A stretch of DNA of 63,899 nucleotides, filler included, from Cercozoa sp. M6MM (Eukaryota; Protista; Endomyxa: Ascetosporea): NCBI GenBank assembly GCA_040357565.1. It is 10 parts of 10 records of this genome, joined end to end, with 100 filler letters (N's around TTAATTAATTAA, not from the genome) between each part and the next. Parts side by side here need not be neighbours in the genome. Positions count along the whole stretch, not along the records: positions 39,122 to 53,743 come from JBDODJ010000327.1; positions 53,844 to 63,899 come from JBDODJ010000459.1; 8 more parts are not named here. The stretch is one strand, 5' to 3'. The notes beneath the pieces were generated by a model that ran no database searches, was not told the DNA's origin, and was given only the letters and a program-made list of their open reading frames with translations. This document shows, one piece after another, positions 40,992 through 56,170 of the stretch. A program made the position numbers and the translations under genes. The number at the start of each line of letters is the position of its first letter. Positions within the stretch are counted from its first letter, which is position 1.

Positions 40992-43223
40992 TTAGAAAAC
41001 AGAAGACAGCGGTGTGTAGCGGAACTCGAAATTGCCGTTGCGGGTCGTGTAGCGCACCATTTGCTTGGTCTTGCGCCTCGTGTGACTAAACACGCGACTT
41101 GGAATGCACATGAAGCACGCGAATAAAACTGGCATACCCAGACACGTGCATCGATTGAACGGCCAAGTTGGTGGCAGAGAATCTAAGAACGGGACAGTAT
41201 AATCAAACACAGAAAAAAAAAGCGAAAACACACCGAGAAAGGCCAAATGTAAGCGAAATTCGTGTGCACTGTTCGTTCTGTTGGTTCGGTACACAAATGG
41301 CCAAGTTGCCCTGCAGACGCGCTTCCCTTGACGCACTGTAGGACATGCCGCTCTTGGAAACACTCGTCAGTGTGCCAAGCGTCCACACAACACGGTTCTG
41401 CAACACGTCCAGTTGTGCCTTGCCTACAGAAGAATTGTAAGATACCGTTAGTTAACGGGCACAACACAGAAATGAAGCACCGTCAGTAACTTGCAACGCG
41501 GCACTCCTGGTACCCACAGGCACCGGGAAACTAAGAGTAACATTTTTTGGCTCGTGTTTCTGCACGTCGAACCTACCAAAACAGAGCAATTCGAGACAGT
41601 TTCGGCAAATCTAACACATTAAACGAACGTACTTCGGGACAAGTGCAATGTCGATATCGCCGGTCGCGAAATCCAGGCTGCGAACCTTTAACGCAAACGG
41701 CAGGTTCGTGCCACCTTCCGCACGGTACTGCAAAAACAAAAATGACCATTCAAATAGACGCAGCAAATAAAACGTACTCTCAGCAGCGTGAACTGTCCGT
41801 CAGGAGGCAAAAACTACAACAAACACCAATATACAGCATTTATGTGCTTCTAAGTTAGAAAACAAAAATACCTGCAAAGTGCGCTCCTCTTTCCACGCAC
41901 GGATACGCGCACATCTGTGCAGCTGAGTGGCCGCAAGCTGCCCCAAAACCTCAAGGTAAACGAAACCGTTAGCACAAAAACACAAAACGAACAATACATT
42001 CATAACTGAACTATTCCGCAACACGAGTGTGCATTCCGGCATGCCTCGCAACGAGCTGCGGCAGAGCACCTCGCCGTTCACATTGCTCGTCAAAACCTGC
42101 GCACCACTGGTTTGAAGAAACACAAGAGCAAGCGAAAGAAAGTCTACACGGCCACTGGAGGCATCAATAATCGCGTTGAGTGATTCCTATTGAACGTACG
42201 CGGATTTAGACAGAAATCCAGCAGCTATGAGTCACGTGTACAATAAAATCGAATCGCGTTTCGCCAGCATCGTCGCCTTCGGAAGGAATTCGCCCTGTTT
42301 ACGCAAAGAAAAACGACAATACAAAGAAAAACAGATCGGAACAAGGGAGCAGCATACAGGGCGTCGCTGAAGTCGACGTGACCGGCAAAACTGAGCTAAC
42401 GGTGCCCTCGCCCTGCAAACAGAAGCATGGGGCACATTTCTTTCAAAAGCTAACCTTGCACGGGGGGGGGGTACAGTAAGCGTAGCCTTCAGCGAGCGCG
42501 TCAAACTCGGCTTGTGCACAAGCGCCTTTGCAACAACAAGCACTGATATATTTGTCTGCTAGAAAATCACAAAAAGCGTTTACATGAATTTGGGCTCTTT
42601 CTGTCGTGGCAGGAAAACCTCCGTCCACAAACTCATCAACGCTGCAAGAAAGCGTGAGGTTTCAACCAAAAGAAACAGGAAAGACCCTACACAAGAGCGA
42701 CGGTGGAAAAGGCCTGACGCAACCGATCAGCACTCAGCGGAGTGACGTAGTCGCTAGAAACATGCAGTCTACAGACGCGTTAAAATACTCCAGTTACTCA
42801 AAGCTACCTCAGCGTGAGATGCAAGCGACTTAGCGTCTCCAAAACGGCAAGAGGTGCAGTCTCATCACGCAGCACGCTCAAAAAGCGCTATGCACAGACT
42901 CACATATCTGCTGCAGTGAAAGCGACTCAAAAGGAGACAGCACACCAAAGAGCCTCGCTTGATATGCACATGTACGTGCGGACCCACTGCGCTGACTGCA
43001 CCGTCTGCTTCCGCGAGGAACTCTGATGATCGCAACAACATTGTGACCTTCGTGCCAAAAGCTCGCTGATTTGTGCGATACCATCACAGACAGCACGGGA
43101 AAGTTCAGGCGTTTCCCATTGCGCCTCAAACACGACAGCACTGCAGAAAAGATATCAAAAAATACAAAAAAATAACTAGACGCTGCACCCCTGTGCCGTC
43201 AAGATGAACAGGTTTGGCAGCAT
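40992..43223 (-). CDS. AP3M: Adaptor complex medium subunit, AP-3 mu-like (divergent)
   Basis: MLPNLFIL, DEFVDGGFPATTE, ESLNAIID, GEVLCRSSLRGMPEC, LHRCARIRAWKEERTL, PPDGQFTLL, VRYTTRNGNFEFR. Confidence 0.75.
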
Positions 43224-43449
43224 GCCCACTCTCGTGCTTACGGTGAGGAGTGGTTCTCCGTAGCTGGAGATGATCGATCGGCTTTTCGCTTCAAGCGAGC
43301 CGGAAGACGGATCGTGGCTTTGGCTGTGTGCGATTGCAGCGAGTCTCACGAAGGGGCGTTCGCTGCTTAGTTCTTTGCTGAGACGGTGATTGAGCAAGTC
43401 GTGTTAGTGTTCGAAGTCGTCCACCAGAACAAAAAAGGAGATCGACTGC

Positions 43450-44651
43450 ATGAGCCGAGACCCGGAAGTTGGCGACGCGGCTAATGCGTACCCTCCCTTT
43501 GTTGTCCAAAACCAGCACGTATCACCTTTCTGTGACCGAGTAGTTTGGGTGAAGACGAAGAAGACAATGGTGCGATCGAGCGACAAGAAACGATGGGTAC
43601 CGCAAAAATAAATGGCCCTTCTCTATCTTTCCTTCCCTGGTGCTTGCTGAAGACAAAAAACGAGAGTATTATGCGCAGGGTCATTTCGAGGTTGCTGCGG
43701 TTTGGGCTGGCCACGTTCGCGTGTCACACGCGTTCTGTAAGATCGTGTTTGTTAGAATATCTATGCAGCATATTATCTCTGCATTCGTTGTGCAGATACA
43801 CGGTATATTTCGTGGCCACGATGATCTGGGCCTACGCTATGAGGTAAATTGTGTCTACCTACAGGTTTTTCCAAAAAGGGAAACAACAATATTTGGTTGT
43901 AACTTTAATTGATGAAGGACCTGGGGCGACTCGGTTTGGCAACCTGACGACGAGTGTGGCGAAGACTGTGTAGGCGTCATCGCAGTCTATCGAGTTGCAA
44001 TGGGTACTTTCACTTTCACTGCTGATTGAAACAGACTTATTTAAAGCGAGGGAGGAACTGTGAGTGAATGTAGCAACGGTCGTCTTTCATGCGGTGCTTT
44101 TGCTCGTTGTGTTTGGTGTCAACTCGTCTAGCAACCCGCGTGCGAGGGTATACCACAACTAGTTGATCCTTTACCCCCCCCCCCATAAAACTGCCTGACT
44201 TAAACAGTTCCAAAACCGTCTGTGGCTGCCGAAATTCCTCATTCTCGTCGGCCTTGTTGTAGCCTTTGCTTGTTGTCTGTATATGTGTCTTTGTGTGTTC
44301 TTGATGCGTTTGGATTGAGCAGGCGGGCTTTTCTTTCGTGCCGGCAAAGATGCTGAATAAGTTCGGCACGGCTGCTATCGTTTTTGGAGTGGTGTGGATC
44401 CTCGTGCAAACCCTTCTGTATCCTTGCTTTCGTTGAACGTTGTCTTACCCCATTATCCCCTTACCCTTACCCCTTTATCCTTCCCCCTTTGCCCTTCCCC
44501 TTCCCTCTTTGCCCATACTTCTTTGACCTTTACCCGTTTACCCTCTTTACACGTAACCCTTCAATCCAGTTTGGTGGCCATCACGCACGATATCGCCGAG
44601 TCTTGGTACAGTTTCTCCTGTTCTCTTTGTGTTCTTGTGAGTTGAGTTGTG

Positions 44652-44704
<53 letters not shown>

Positions 44705-45546
44705 GCACGCACGAACAGGCTGGACAAGTGGCAAGATGGCAACACGCGATACCGCAATTTAGTGATTCTGTGCTCACTTGTTTTCCTCGGCTTCTGTGGT
44801 ACAAGTTTACCTTGCACTGTTCGCCTGTTAAGTAGTTCAAGTTATACACGTTACTTTAGTCGGTTCCTCGGCATGGCTGCTCTCGAATCGAACCAGCGGA
44901 ACCGGTTGTCGCAAGAACACGGTCTTTGTCGTCGTCAATCTCTGTCTCAGTCTCTTGAACCTTCTGCTGTCGGTGTCGCCTGTGGTGCAAACTCACAATT
45001 CGCGAAGTGGCCTGCTGCAAAGCACGATGATTGCAGCCTACACTACCTACCTGGTACTGCTGACTTCTGTTGATCGTTTGAATCATTTCTATCGATACTT
45101 TATACTGTTACTGTTAGGTACTGAGTGCCATCGCGAGCGAGCCAGTCAATGACGAAATGCAGTGCCGCGAGTCTGACGATAACTCGGGTAACAACTGTTG
45201 TTTTCGACTGATTGGTTTGGACTGATCTCTTTGTGTTTCTTTCTTGCAGCACTCGCGCAAGTTGCACGCTGGGTCGGCGTACTCTTCACAATGGTACCTT
45301 TTTCTTTCGGCTTCTGTCTTACCTCAGTAAACCTTCCTCTTTTTTCTAGTTGGCCATCACTCGTGCGATCTTCGCCACCACGGGAAAAATCACGCGCTCT
45401 GGCGGTACCAGTTGTTTTATTCTGCTGTGACACAAAAGCTAATGTTTGTGTGTCTCCTTTTTAGAGGACGATGCGTCAACTCAACGCATGGAAGACGGTC
45501 TCGTTGTGGTCGAAGTCGACGATGAAAAGGTAAATTTACGAGGATT

Positions 45547-45586
<40 letters not shown>

Positions 45587-45894
45587 ATATTGGTTGTCAA
45601 CAGGATCACGTCGAGTACTCGTACTCTTTCTTCCATTTCGTCTTCGTGTGCGCCGCGTTCTACACTGCTGCCGTGTTTACCAACTGGTACAGATCTCCGA
45701 TGTTTGTGGAATGAAACAAACTCTCATGTGTTGACAGGGTGACGACAGTCTCGTCGGACAGCAACGACACGATCGAGGTCGATCAGGGCATGGGCGCTGT
45801 CTGGGCCAAGATGGGTGCCAGCTGGGGCGTGCATGTCCTTTATGCGTGGACCCTGCTGGCGCCAGTGCTCTTCCCGGACCGCGACTTTTCGTAG
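43450..45894 (+). CDS. SERINC: Serine incorporator/TMS1 membrane protein
   Basis: NSRSGLLQS...YTTYL|VLSAIASEP, VEYSYSFFHFVF, TNW, AVWAKMGASW...LYAWTLLAPVLFPDRDFS*. Confidence 0.93.
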
Positions 45895-46102
45895 GAGTTC
45901 CGTCTCGACCGGACTGCCGTGGCTGCTGGGCCGTAGCAATGAGCAATCATAGAAAATTGAATTACTCGACCATAGTAGTTGCTCAGGTATCCACCACCAG
46001 CCAAGTTGAGCGCCGCATCTCATAGGTCAATATTTTGACCCATGAGTCGGTACATATGATAACTCTGCATGAATCTGGATTGCTGTACTCTTACCGAGTA
46101 CC

Positions 46103-46126
46103 GACTGCCCTTCGGGGCATAATTCA

Positions 46127-46157
<31 letters not shown>

Positions 46158-46210
46158 GGTCCCTGCGTTAAGGATGACACGAAAAATCCACGATTGTATC
46201 ACACTTTTTT
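46103..46210 (+). ncRNA. U6: U6 spliceosomal snRNA
   Basis: 5' hairpin TGCCC-TTCG-GGGCA, then AAAATTGGAACGATACAGAGAAGATTAGCATGG (ACAGAGA box, AGC triad), AAGGATGACACG and a T6 Pol III terminator. Confidence 0.95.
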
Positions 46211-46264
46211 GCGGGCTTTTTGTTTTGTTGTTGTGTTTCGGTTTTTGTACCAGCACCGAGTTTA

Positions 46265-46510
46265 GTTAGTTAGTTGAGTCTTCTAGGAAACCAACTATGT
46301 AGTTCCCTCTGCACCAGTCTGGGGTGGGTCACAAGAGCATGGCCGTGTCTACCGCCCGCTTAAGGTAGGACCACACAACTCCCCTTTTGACGTTCCCCAG
46401 ACACCGAAGTCGACTTCATGGTTGGTGCAGGTAGCGGGCTACAAGTAGAGAGGCGTCGCAGGCCGCGTCGGGTCGTCCCGTCGTCGTCCTCCCGTCTCTC
46501 CACTCGATAC
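46265..46510 (-). mobile_element. Short retroposon (SINE/5'-truncated LINE-like) with 15-bp TSD
   Basis: Perfect direct repeats CCAGCACCGAGTTTA at 46250-46264 and 46511-46525, and a (TAAC)n tail on the minus strand. Other copies at 1291 and 40578. Confidence 0.85.
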
Positions 46511-46696
46511 CCAGCACCGAGTTTACCGCGGTTAACTGGAAATGTTATTCCTAGCGGTTATTATTTTATTCGTAGCGGCTCAACAATTCGCGCAGCGTGC
46601 AGTTTATTCGACCGGCTCGTGCCACGAAACTGTCGTCGTACTTTGTGGCCTACAGTGTCAAAAATCACGATGTTTTTTCCAATCGACTAAAGTGCA

Positions 46697-48819
46697 CTAA
46701 GATACCAAGGCATAAGCCAGCGAAAGAAGGTCAGGAAAGCAGCGTCGCAGGTCCCTGTCGTATGTGCTCGCATTCGCAGTCTGCGGGTTGACTCGCATCG
46801 TGGCACACGCGATCGACACGAACACTTTGTCCAAGTTGGCGCCGCCTGTGCGCCAACATGACTCAATCAACCACGAACTCGCCGAAACTACAAAGAAGGA
46901 GACAAAAACTACCATCAACAGCGTCGTCGGGCGTTTTCTGCAGTTTCTTCTTCAATGGTTTCGACTGTTTCGGCGTCGGAGCACTCGCCAGTCGCGGAAA
47001 ATTCGCATTTTTGTGGGCCTGCACAGCGGTGTCTCCCAACAAGAGAAACAGTACGAGACAAGCTAGTAATACCTCAAACTCGGCAAACGAGATAAGGTCA
47101 GCAACGACTGCGCTTCCTCGCGGAGGAGGCACCGGATCGTCCGGGATGTTCTCCGCGCGAATGTCGAGGAAAGAAGCACCAATCGAGCCGACTGCTCGCT
47201 TTTGTTTCGTCATGTCGTGCTGCACACAACAACAACAGTTCAAGCAAGGACTCCAGCAAAGTGAGGCAAGGGAAATCAAAGCTACTTGAAGTCGAGACAG
47301 AATGCGATTTCGTGTGGTAGCAACCGCCAACGCGTCCTTTTTCTACAACAGCCACTGATTTCGTTAGACACAAGAAACATTGAAAAGAAAAATACCACTA
47401 CGCGAGTGTGCACCAAGATGGCCGAAATGCGCGTTTGCAGACGTTGGTAGGACAGAGCGATCGCCACATCGCCTCGGTGTCTCACTGTTGATGTGTCAAA
47501 TAAAGAACCTGTAGTCACTGTGAGAGCCACAAACTTACACCTCGAACATTGTCGCTTAAAAAACAATCGCGTGAACAGGAAGATTGCACGTCGCACCTAC
47601 AGATTTTCGAAGTTGAAGTTTGTCAATGGAAGCTCGAAAAAAGAACGGTACGTGCAAAGTGAGAAAATCGGCAAGCAGAGACAGTTTTTCGTGTATATCC
47701 GCTTTCCTACAAGCACATGAATCAAACCAACAAACAAAAGGACAAAACAAATTGTACAAAGTGAGTTCATGTCGAATGAGCCCGTCGTTTCGTAATTCAG
47801 GAACCGAGGCACTGTAGATGAGTTGCTACAAATACTCGAATAATCTAGGAACTAGCGAAGTAAAGAATTGAGGGCACCGAAGCAAGTTGAAACAGCGCAA
47901 CAGCGAAATCGGCGAGTCGTGGGAGCATCACATCGCACAAAGTGTCAGTCTGTATATGATATAGACACTTTTTGACGTCTGTTTCAAACAGAAAAAGGCA
48001 TGGGTACAGCAGCACAGGCTGTGGCAACGAGCAACGTGTGTCGACCTTGCACATTGCTGCGCGCGAGACTCGCCACCAAGTGTTGCCACAGCATCTCGGC
48101 ACGCACGTGCTGTGTGCAACACACAAGGTATACCACCCTTCATTTCGTTGATGAATGCAGTTGAATATACCGACACTGGCCGTGCTTGAACTGTTCGTTG
48201 GTGTGCCTGAAGCATTGCTCTAGTCACAATACACACAAGTAACAGACACAAAAACTGGATTAAAAAAGAAACTCACTCATTCAGCTGCTGCTCCGCGAGA
48301 GCGTCACCAAAGTGCTCGCACAAATGATCACTCATGTGGTCACTCAGATGGTCTCCGACCGAATGATCACCCACAGAGCGACCACTGAAGCCACTGACGG
48401 TGACTGAGGCCATCGACGCACGTGCGCGATCACGTGCGAGTCGCTTGTGCTGCAGTTGCGGAACGAGGTCACTACAAGGAGGGTGGAGCGATGGATCTTC
48501 ATACACACTAAACATAGCGTAGCATCGGTTAGATGACGGTACGGTTGCACGAGCGCACGCAAGTGCATGTGCTGCGCAGTCACACTAAGCGAGAGTGACG
48601 GTGCGCCAGTGACACGCACGTGTTGCCACTCGTGCCACGTGTCACTCACGGTCACTTCAGTGTCACCGTCCTCCTGTGAACCGTCCGGCGAGACGCCAGA
48701 AACGCCACCACCGACTGCACGTTTCGTTCTCGACGGTTTCGTCGACACGCGACAAAGTGAGACACCGTGCCACACGAAAGCACGTTCGGCGATCTCGCTC
48801 ATGACTACACCGTCTCAAG

Positions 48820-48871
<52 letters not shown>

Positions 48872-51800
48872 CACTGACTGACTGGCCAAGAACGAGCAGT
48901 ATCGCAAAGGTACGGGTTGAGAGCCACGCCGAGTATCGCGAGTCATCGAGGTAGGTGACCACCTGAGTGAGCACTGTTACCGTCGCACGTGTCAGTCGCT
49001 TCACTGGCGCACTTTGTAGCAACGGTTCCGACAGTGTGCATACTTGCAGCGCACCCAATGCGGTCCTGCGACCCAGGTTTCTTTCAGTGGGAGACTGCAA
49101 GGGAATAAGACAAGGATACGGCAACACGCCGCAGGGATCCTTTCGCAATCGTTTCGTCAGTGCGTTGCACCACCATTCAGTTTCCTCTGAAAACAGCATA
49201 AACATAACAAGCCGAATGCACCCAGTTGGTCCAAGTGGCAAAGCAAACCTGTGTATACGAAAGAGCAGGTATCTCGCAGTGCTGCCATCGGCTCCGACGG
49301 CGATTGCTTTCGAGCAGCTGTGATGAGAGCGCCCGGAGCAGCGTGTAGCCATGCAATTCTGTCGGCAATTAAGCAGTTAAGCCATCCACACAGACTGCCA
49401 GCTGCCCAAACGGCCGAAAGAACAAAGGTACAATTGTCCGCAAAGGAAGGAAAGTGATGTTGCTCGATTCAAGGCATCCATCCGCTGACTTTCAGCCTGT
49501 CCCTTGTCTGAATGGAAACAGCAGATACAGAAACCAAAAAGAAAAACAACATTTTGAACAACGCACGAATAAGCACATCGGCGGCGCCCCAAATCTCCTC
49601 GAGAGCGTGCCACAGTCTTCAAAGAGTTAAGAATCGTCAAACTCGATCGTAACAACAACAGAGAAGAAACGGTACGAGCTCTGCACGGCAGTGGACAGAG
49701 CAGCACTGTCGCAATGCAGCAGAAACATTGGCAGAAAGTTTCGTCCCGGAAAAAGTCGCATGGCCTGGTAGGCACACGATTTCCTGCAAGAAACACTCGT
49801 TTGAAACAATTCAGAAAACTGCAGAGCCAACAAACCACTCCTCGCACAAGTTTGGAGCGGCCACCGCTTGGGCATTGAAGTCGAAAGCAACATCATCGCC
49901 GTCACATTGTTGCGGCAATGGCACACGCGACAGGTTGCGCAAAGTCTGCAGACGTGCCGCTGTTGACAAGTGACCAGCATGTCCACCCTACGAAAAATAA
50001 AACTGCAGACCACCGTAAGGCAGAAGAAACGCAGTACAGCAAGATCAAGTGTCTCATCCAAGTCAAGGGCGAGACTGTCGACAGTCTCGTTCGCCACGCC
50101 ACTCGCATGCTCGTTGAGGCGGGTTGAGTCATTCAAAAACACCGAAGTCAGTAGGTCAGCAAAAAAGGCAACGTTGCCAGCCGACACTTGAGCTATCGCG
50201 CCCTTGCACTGTTTCTGGAACTTGGCACTCCGTGCCTGCAACCAACAACAACAACATCAAAAATGCAATCCATGACACACAAAAACTCACATAAGCCAGA
50301 TCCGAGCGCTTTTCGATGTGATGCAAAAACTTGGTTTCGTCTTCTGTTAACACTTTACAAATGTCAAGTTTAATGGTTTGGAGCATTCACGTACCAAAAA
50401 ACACAGGCACAGACGAGTCCTTGCTCAAAAACGTTCGTCGCAAGTTCAGAATCTTGTCGCGTGCAGTTTCTATCAAAGTCAGCGAATTCTCCGCGCGGAT
50501 GGAACGCCTAAACCAGAATTACCTCGGTTTCCAAACAGACGTTCATCAACCTTGGAATCAGTCTGAAACACAAAGGTTTAAAAGACAGAGCATCTGAGAA
50601 AGAGTGTGCTGTACGCTTGTTGAGGAAGCTCGTGACAAGCCGTGCAAGTGCCGACTGTGCAAGGCGGGTAGTTGAATCGGCGAAGTTCGCCGAAAATCAC
50701 CTCGAAGCAACAAAGCCAGAGCATCTGCAAACACTGACTGAGCGCGTTTTCAAAAAAACAAAAAACGTAAAGTACCAGCAACAGCCTTGTCATTGTTACT
50801 GTGTGTTTGCGCATGCCGTGCTTCGTTGCGATGCCACAGCTGCTCGCAAGCCCGAGCAAGTGGCGAAGCAAACACGCGCACGACGAGACTCATGAATTCG
50901 TCGCTCGTGAGTTGTTGCGTTTTGTCGCTATCGACGAGACCTGCCAACACTTTCAACGTACGTTTCGGCACCAGTTGCAAACACGGATCCAGCCACGGCT
51001 CAGTTTCCTGCAAGCGAAAACCTTTCAACAAACACAGCGTGCAACAACTGATTCTTTACCGGCACAAAGACGCCAAGTTGAGATCCCGTAAGTGCCGCGG
51101 CAGCGAAAGCAATGCAAGTTCCACTACTCAATCCATGTTTTGAATCCGGAGCAACGAAAAAACAAAAGACAAAGTTACCCAGTGAAAAAGATGCGAAGTA
51201 CGCCAGCTTTCACCTGCAACATTGCATTCTTGCTGAAGTCGATGCTGACGGGCACACGCAGCAGTGACAACAGCAGGATCTGCAGGTGCAGTCGCGAACT
51301 CAATGTGCGCACGTCGCTCGACACAGATTCTTCGACTGGCGTGCTTGACTTGTTCCACACACGCACGTGCTGCAACAGAAGCGTCGCAATGGCCGAAATT
51401 CGCTTTGCTTCGCGAGAAAACAAGGTTTTTGGCAATCGCGGAGGCTTCTTTGACTTGCTTTCAGCGGCTTTCAGCGTTGCAAGTTCATTCGAAATCACTC
51501 TTTTGCTGGACTTGGATGCACGAGCTTTCGACTTTTTCGCTTGCATTGATCGCGAGTGAATCAGGATGTGTTCGAAGAGCTCGGATCCTTGCGAATCCTC
51601 TGTTTCTTTCTCGTCCTGCGGTTTCGTCTCAGTCTGCGCCAGCTCGGCCTCCAAACTCACCGTCTCGGGCTTCATCGTTTCGCCTGCCGCAGCGAAAAAC
51701 TCGACCGACTGCGACTGCAAGAAGTCAACAAAGGCAGCGCATAACTCATGCGGCGCGCACTGCACGGCCTCGCCCCGAGCATTCGTCGCAGGCTAGGCAT

Positions 51801-52040
51801 ATCACATTAAACAACATGATTAAACAGAAGGGGGGGGGGACAGGGCAAGTACCGAGTTAGACACGCGCAATGAGCCTTCCTGAGCTTGAAGCCATTTCTT
51901 TAGCTGCACGAGATCTACTCGGTGCTTCAACACGTGACGAAGCAACAACGGTCCGCTGCGCAAGGCACTTCGTGATTTTTCAACATTGATGAGATTGAGA
52001 TCCGCTGCACACGAATAAAAAACAACCCACCTCATATGCA
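46697..52040 (-). CDS. CDAN1: Codanin-1-like protein
   Basis: N-terminal LLRHVLKHRVDLVQLKKWL...HELCAAFVDFLQSQS parallels human VLESLLREEVSVAAVVRWI...EFVPFLLNFLREQS. Later AIAQVSAGNVAFFADLLTSVFL. Large helical multi-exon gene. Confidence 0.6.
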
Positions 52041-52309
52041 CTCGGCCATGTCAAATCGAGTCCGGTCGAGAGGCACAAAGGATTGTTCGGAACACGCAGG
52101 AGTTTCAACGGTAAATAATGAGTGCCGGGACGGATTTTTAATATTTACCCGGCAGCACTAGCCTGCAGCGACGCAGTGTCCACCGGTGTGCGCCACTTGC
52201 GAAAACTGATCCAGGTACATAAATATTGTGTAGGACTGCAGATCTCGGGGCGTTTTGGCACTTTTGCTAATTCGCTGTTGTTGTTTCCTTGTGCAGACAC
52301 ACACGAGCA

Positions 52310-52972
52310 ATGTCGAGCGCTCCTGCCACGAAGCGTGCACGCACTCTGCACAACCCATCGGTACAAGAGGTCGTGTTCAAAAGGCTATGAAAGCATGATG
52401 AACTGGACAGACCTTCCATGCGACTGGCGAGTTCTACGAGCTGTTGATTCGCACCAAAGCTGAAGGTGCCTTGAACTCAAAGAACAAACTATATATTTGC
52501 AAGAATATGCTCGTGCAGACCTGAAGACCGAGGAGAACGTGGTCTTTGTGGCACAGAAGTCTGATCGCATTGTCGACGTATGGAAGGGCCTGGTTCGGTA
52601 AGCTTACCTTGTCTCTCTGTGTAGCACACTGTGCTTAATATGTTTCTTTGTGTGTGTGTGCGTGTGTGTGTGTGTGCGTGTGTGTGTGCGTGTGTGTGTG
52701 TGTTTGTGACAGTCATGGCTTCCTCTCGTGCCCCGTCATGACGGAGAATGACACTGAGTACTCCGGTTTCGTCGACGTGGCTGATATCCTGGTATTTATA
52801 CATCTGTCTATCTATCTATCTGTCTATCCCTGGCTATCTATCTCTATCCATATATATATATATGTATATATATCCCCCTCCTCTCTCTCTCTCTCCCTCT
52901 CTCCCCTCTCTCTCTCTCTCTCCCTCTCTCCCCTCTCTCTCTCCCTCTCTCCCCCTCCTCTCTCTCTCTATG

Positions 52973-53056
<84 letters not shown>

Positions 53057-53704
53057 ATATCCTATCTATCTACCCATATATACGATATGCAGAACCACGT
53101 GATGCAACACTTTGGCCGTCAAAAACTCGAGTCGCTTGATGGTACAGGAGTTGTGCCAGTGCAGTGTGTTGAACTGTGGTGTGTATGTTGAGCTGTGTCA
53201 TTGGCAAGAGTAGACTTCTGGAAGATGGTGGACGAGGAGGACGAGTTCCGCGTGCGTACCGTCGGCGAGATCGAGCTGTCGAGCTACATGAGCGTGCACA
53301 AGGGCTACTCGCTGTTCGCGGCGCTGGAGATCTTGGCACGCGAGCGTGGCGTGCACCGTGTGCCTGTTGTGGACGCCGACAACAAGCTCTGGGGCGTCTT
53401 GACGCAGTCCGCCGTGGCACAGTTCGTTGCTGACAACATTGGCCTGCTGGGTGACAAGGTACTCCCTTTGCCCCCTACTCTTTACCCTGTACCCCTACCC
53501 CTCCCTTTACCCCCCCCCCCTGCGTTAGCGCAACGCGCCAGTGTCGTCGTTCGCAACGATGGGCGCTGAGAAACTCGTGTTGGTATCCTTACTGTGTTGT
53601 CGATAAGGGTATTAGAATATTGGGTGTGTATGTGTACAGTGCGATGCCGATGATCTGGCAGCCGATGCGTTCCGTGCCATGCAGCAGGCCAAGGTGCAGG
53701 GCGG
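52310..53704 (+). CDS. CBS-domain protein (AMPK-gamma/SDS23-like), 3'-partial
   Basis: HGFLSCPV...YSGFVDVADIL and GVHRVPVVDADNKLWGVLTQSAVAQFV. Confidence 0.85.
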
Positions 53705-53843
53705 TAGGTCTACCTTCCTACCCCTTACCCCCTCTTACCCCCTNNNNNNNNNNNNNNNNNNNNNNNNNNNNNNNNNNNNNNNNNNNNTTAATTAATTAAN
53801 NNNNNNNNNNNNNNNNNNNNNNNNNNNNNNNNNNNNNNNNNNN

Positions 53844-53891
<48 letters not shown>

Positions 53892-53904
53892 CACGAGAAA
53901 GCGA

Positions 53905-56170
<2,266 letters not shown>

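Noticed and set aside
45054-45123. GTACTG repeated at the intron start and next exon start (introner-like TSD)
   Set aside because: Other introns checked show no such duplication or mutual similarity, so chance is likely given the GTAC bias.
50041-50052. AAGATCAAGTGT resembling U2 snRNA
   Set aside because: No GTAGTA branch-pairing motif follows, and it lies in the codanin-1-like gene on the opposite strand.
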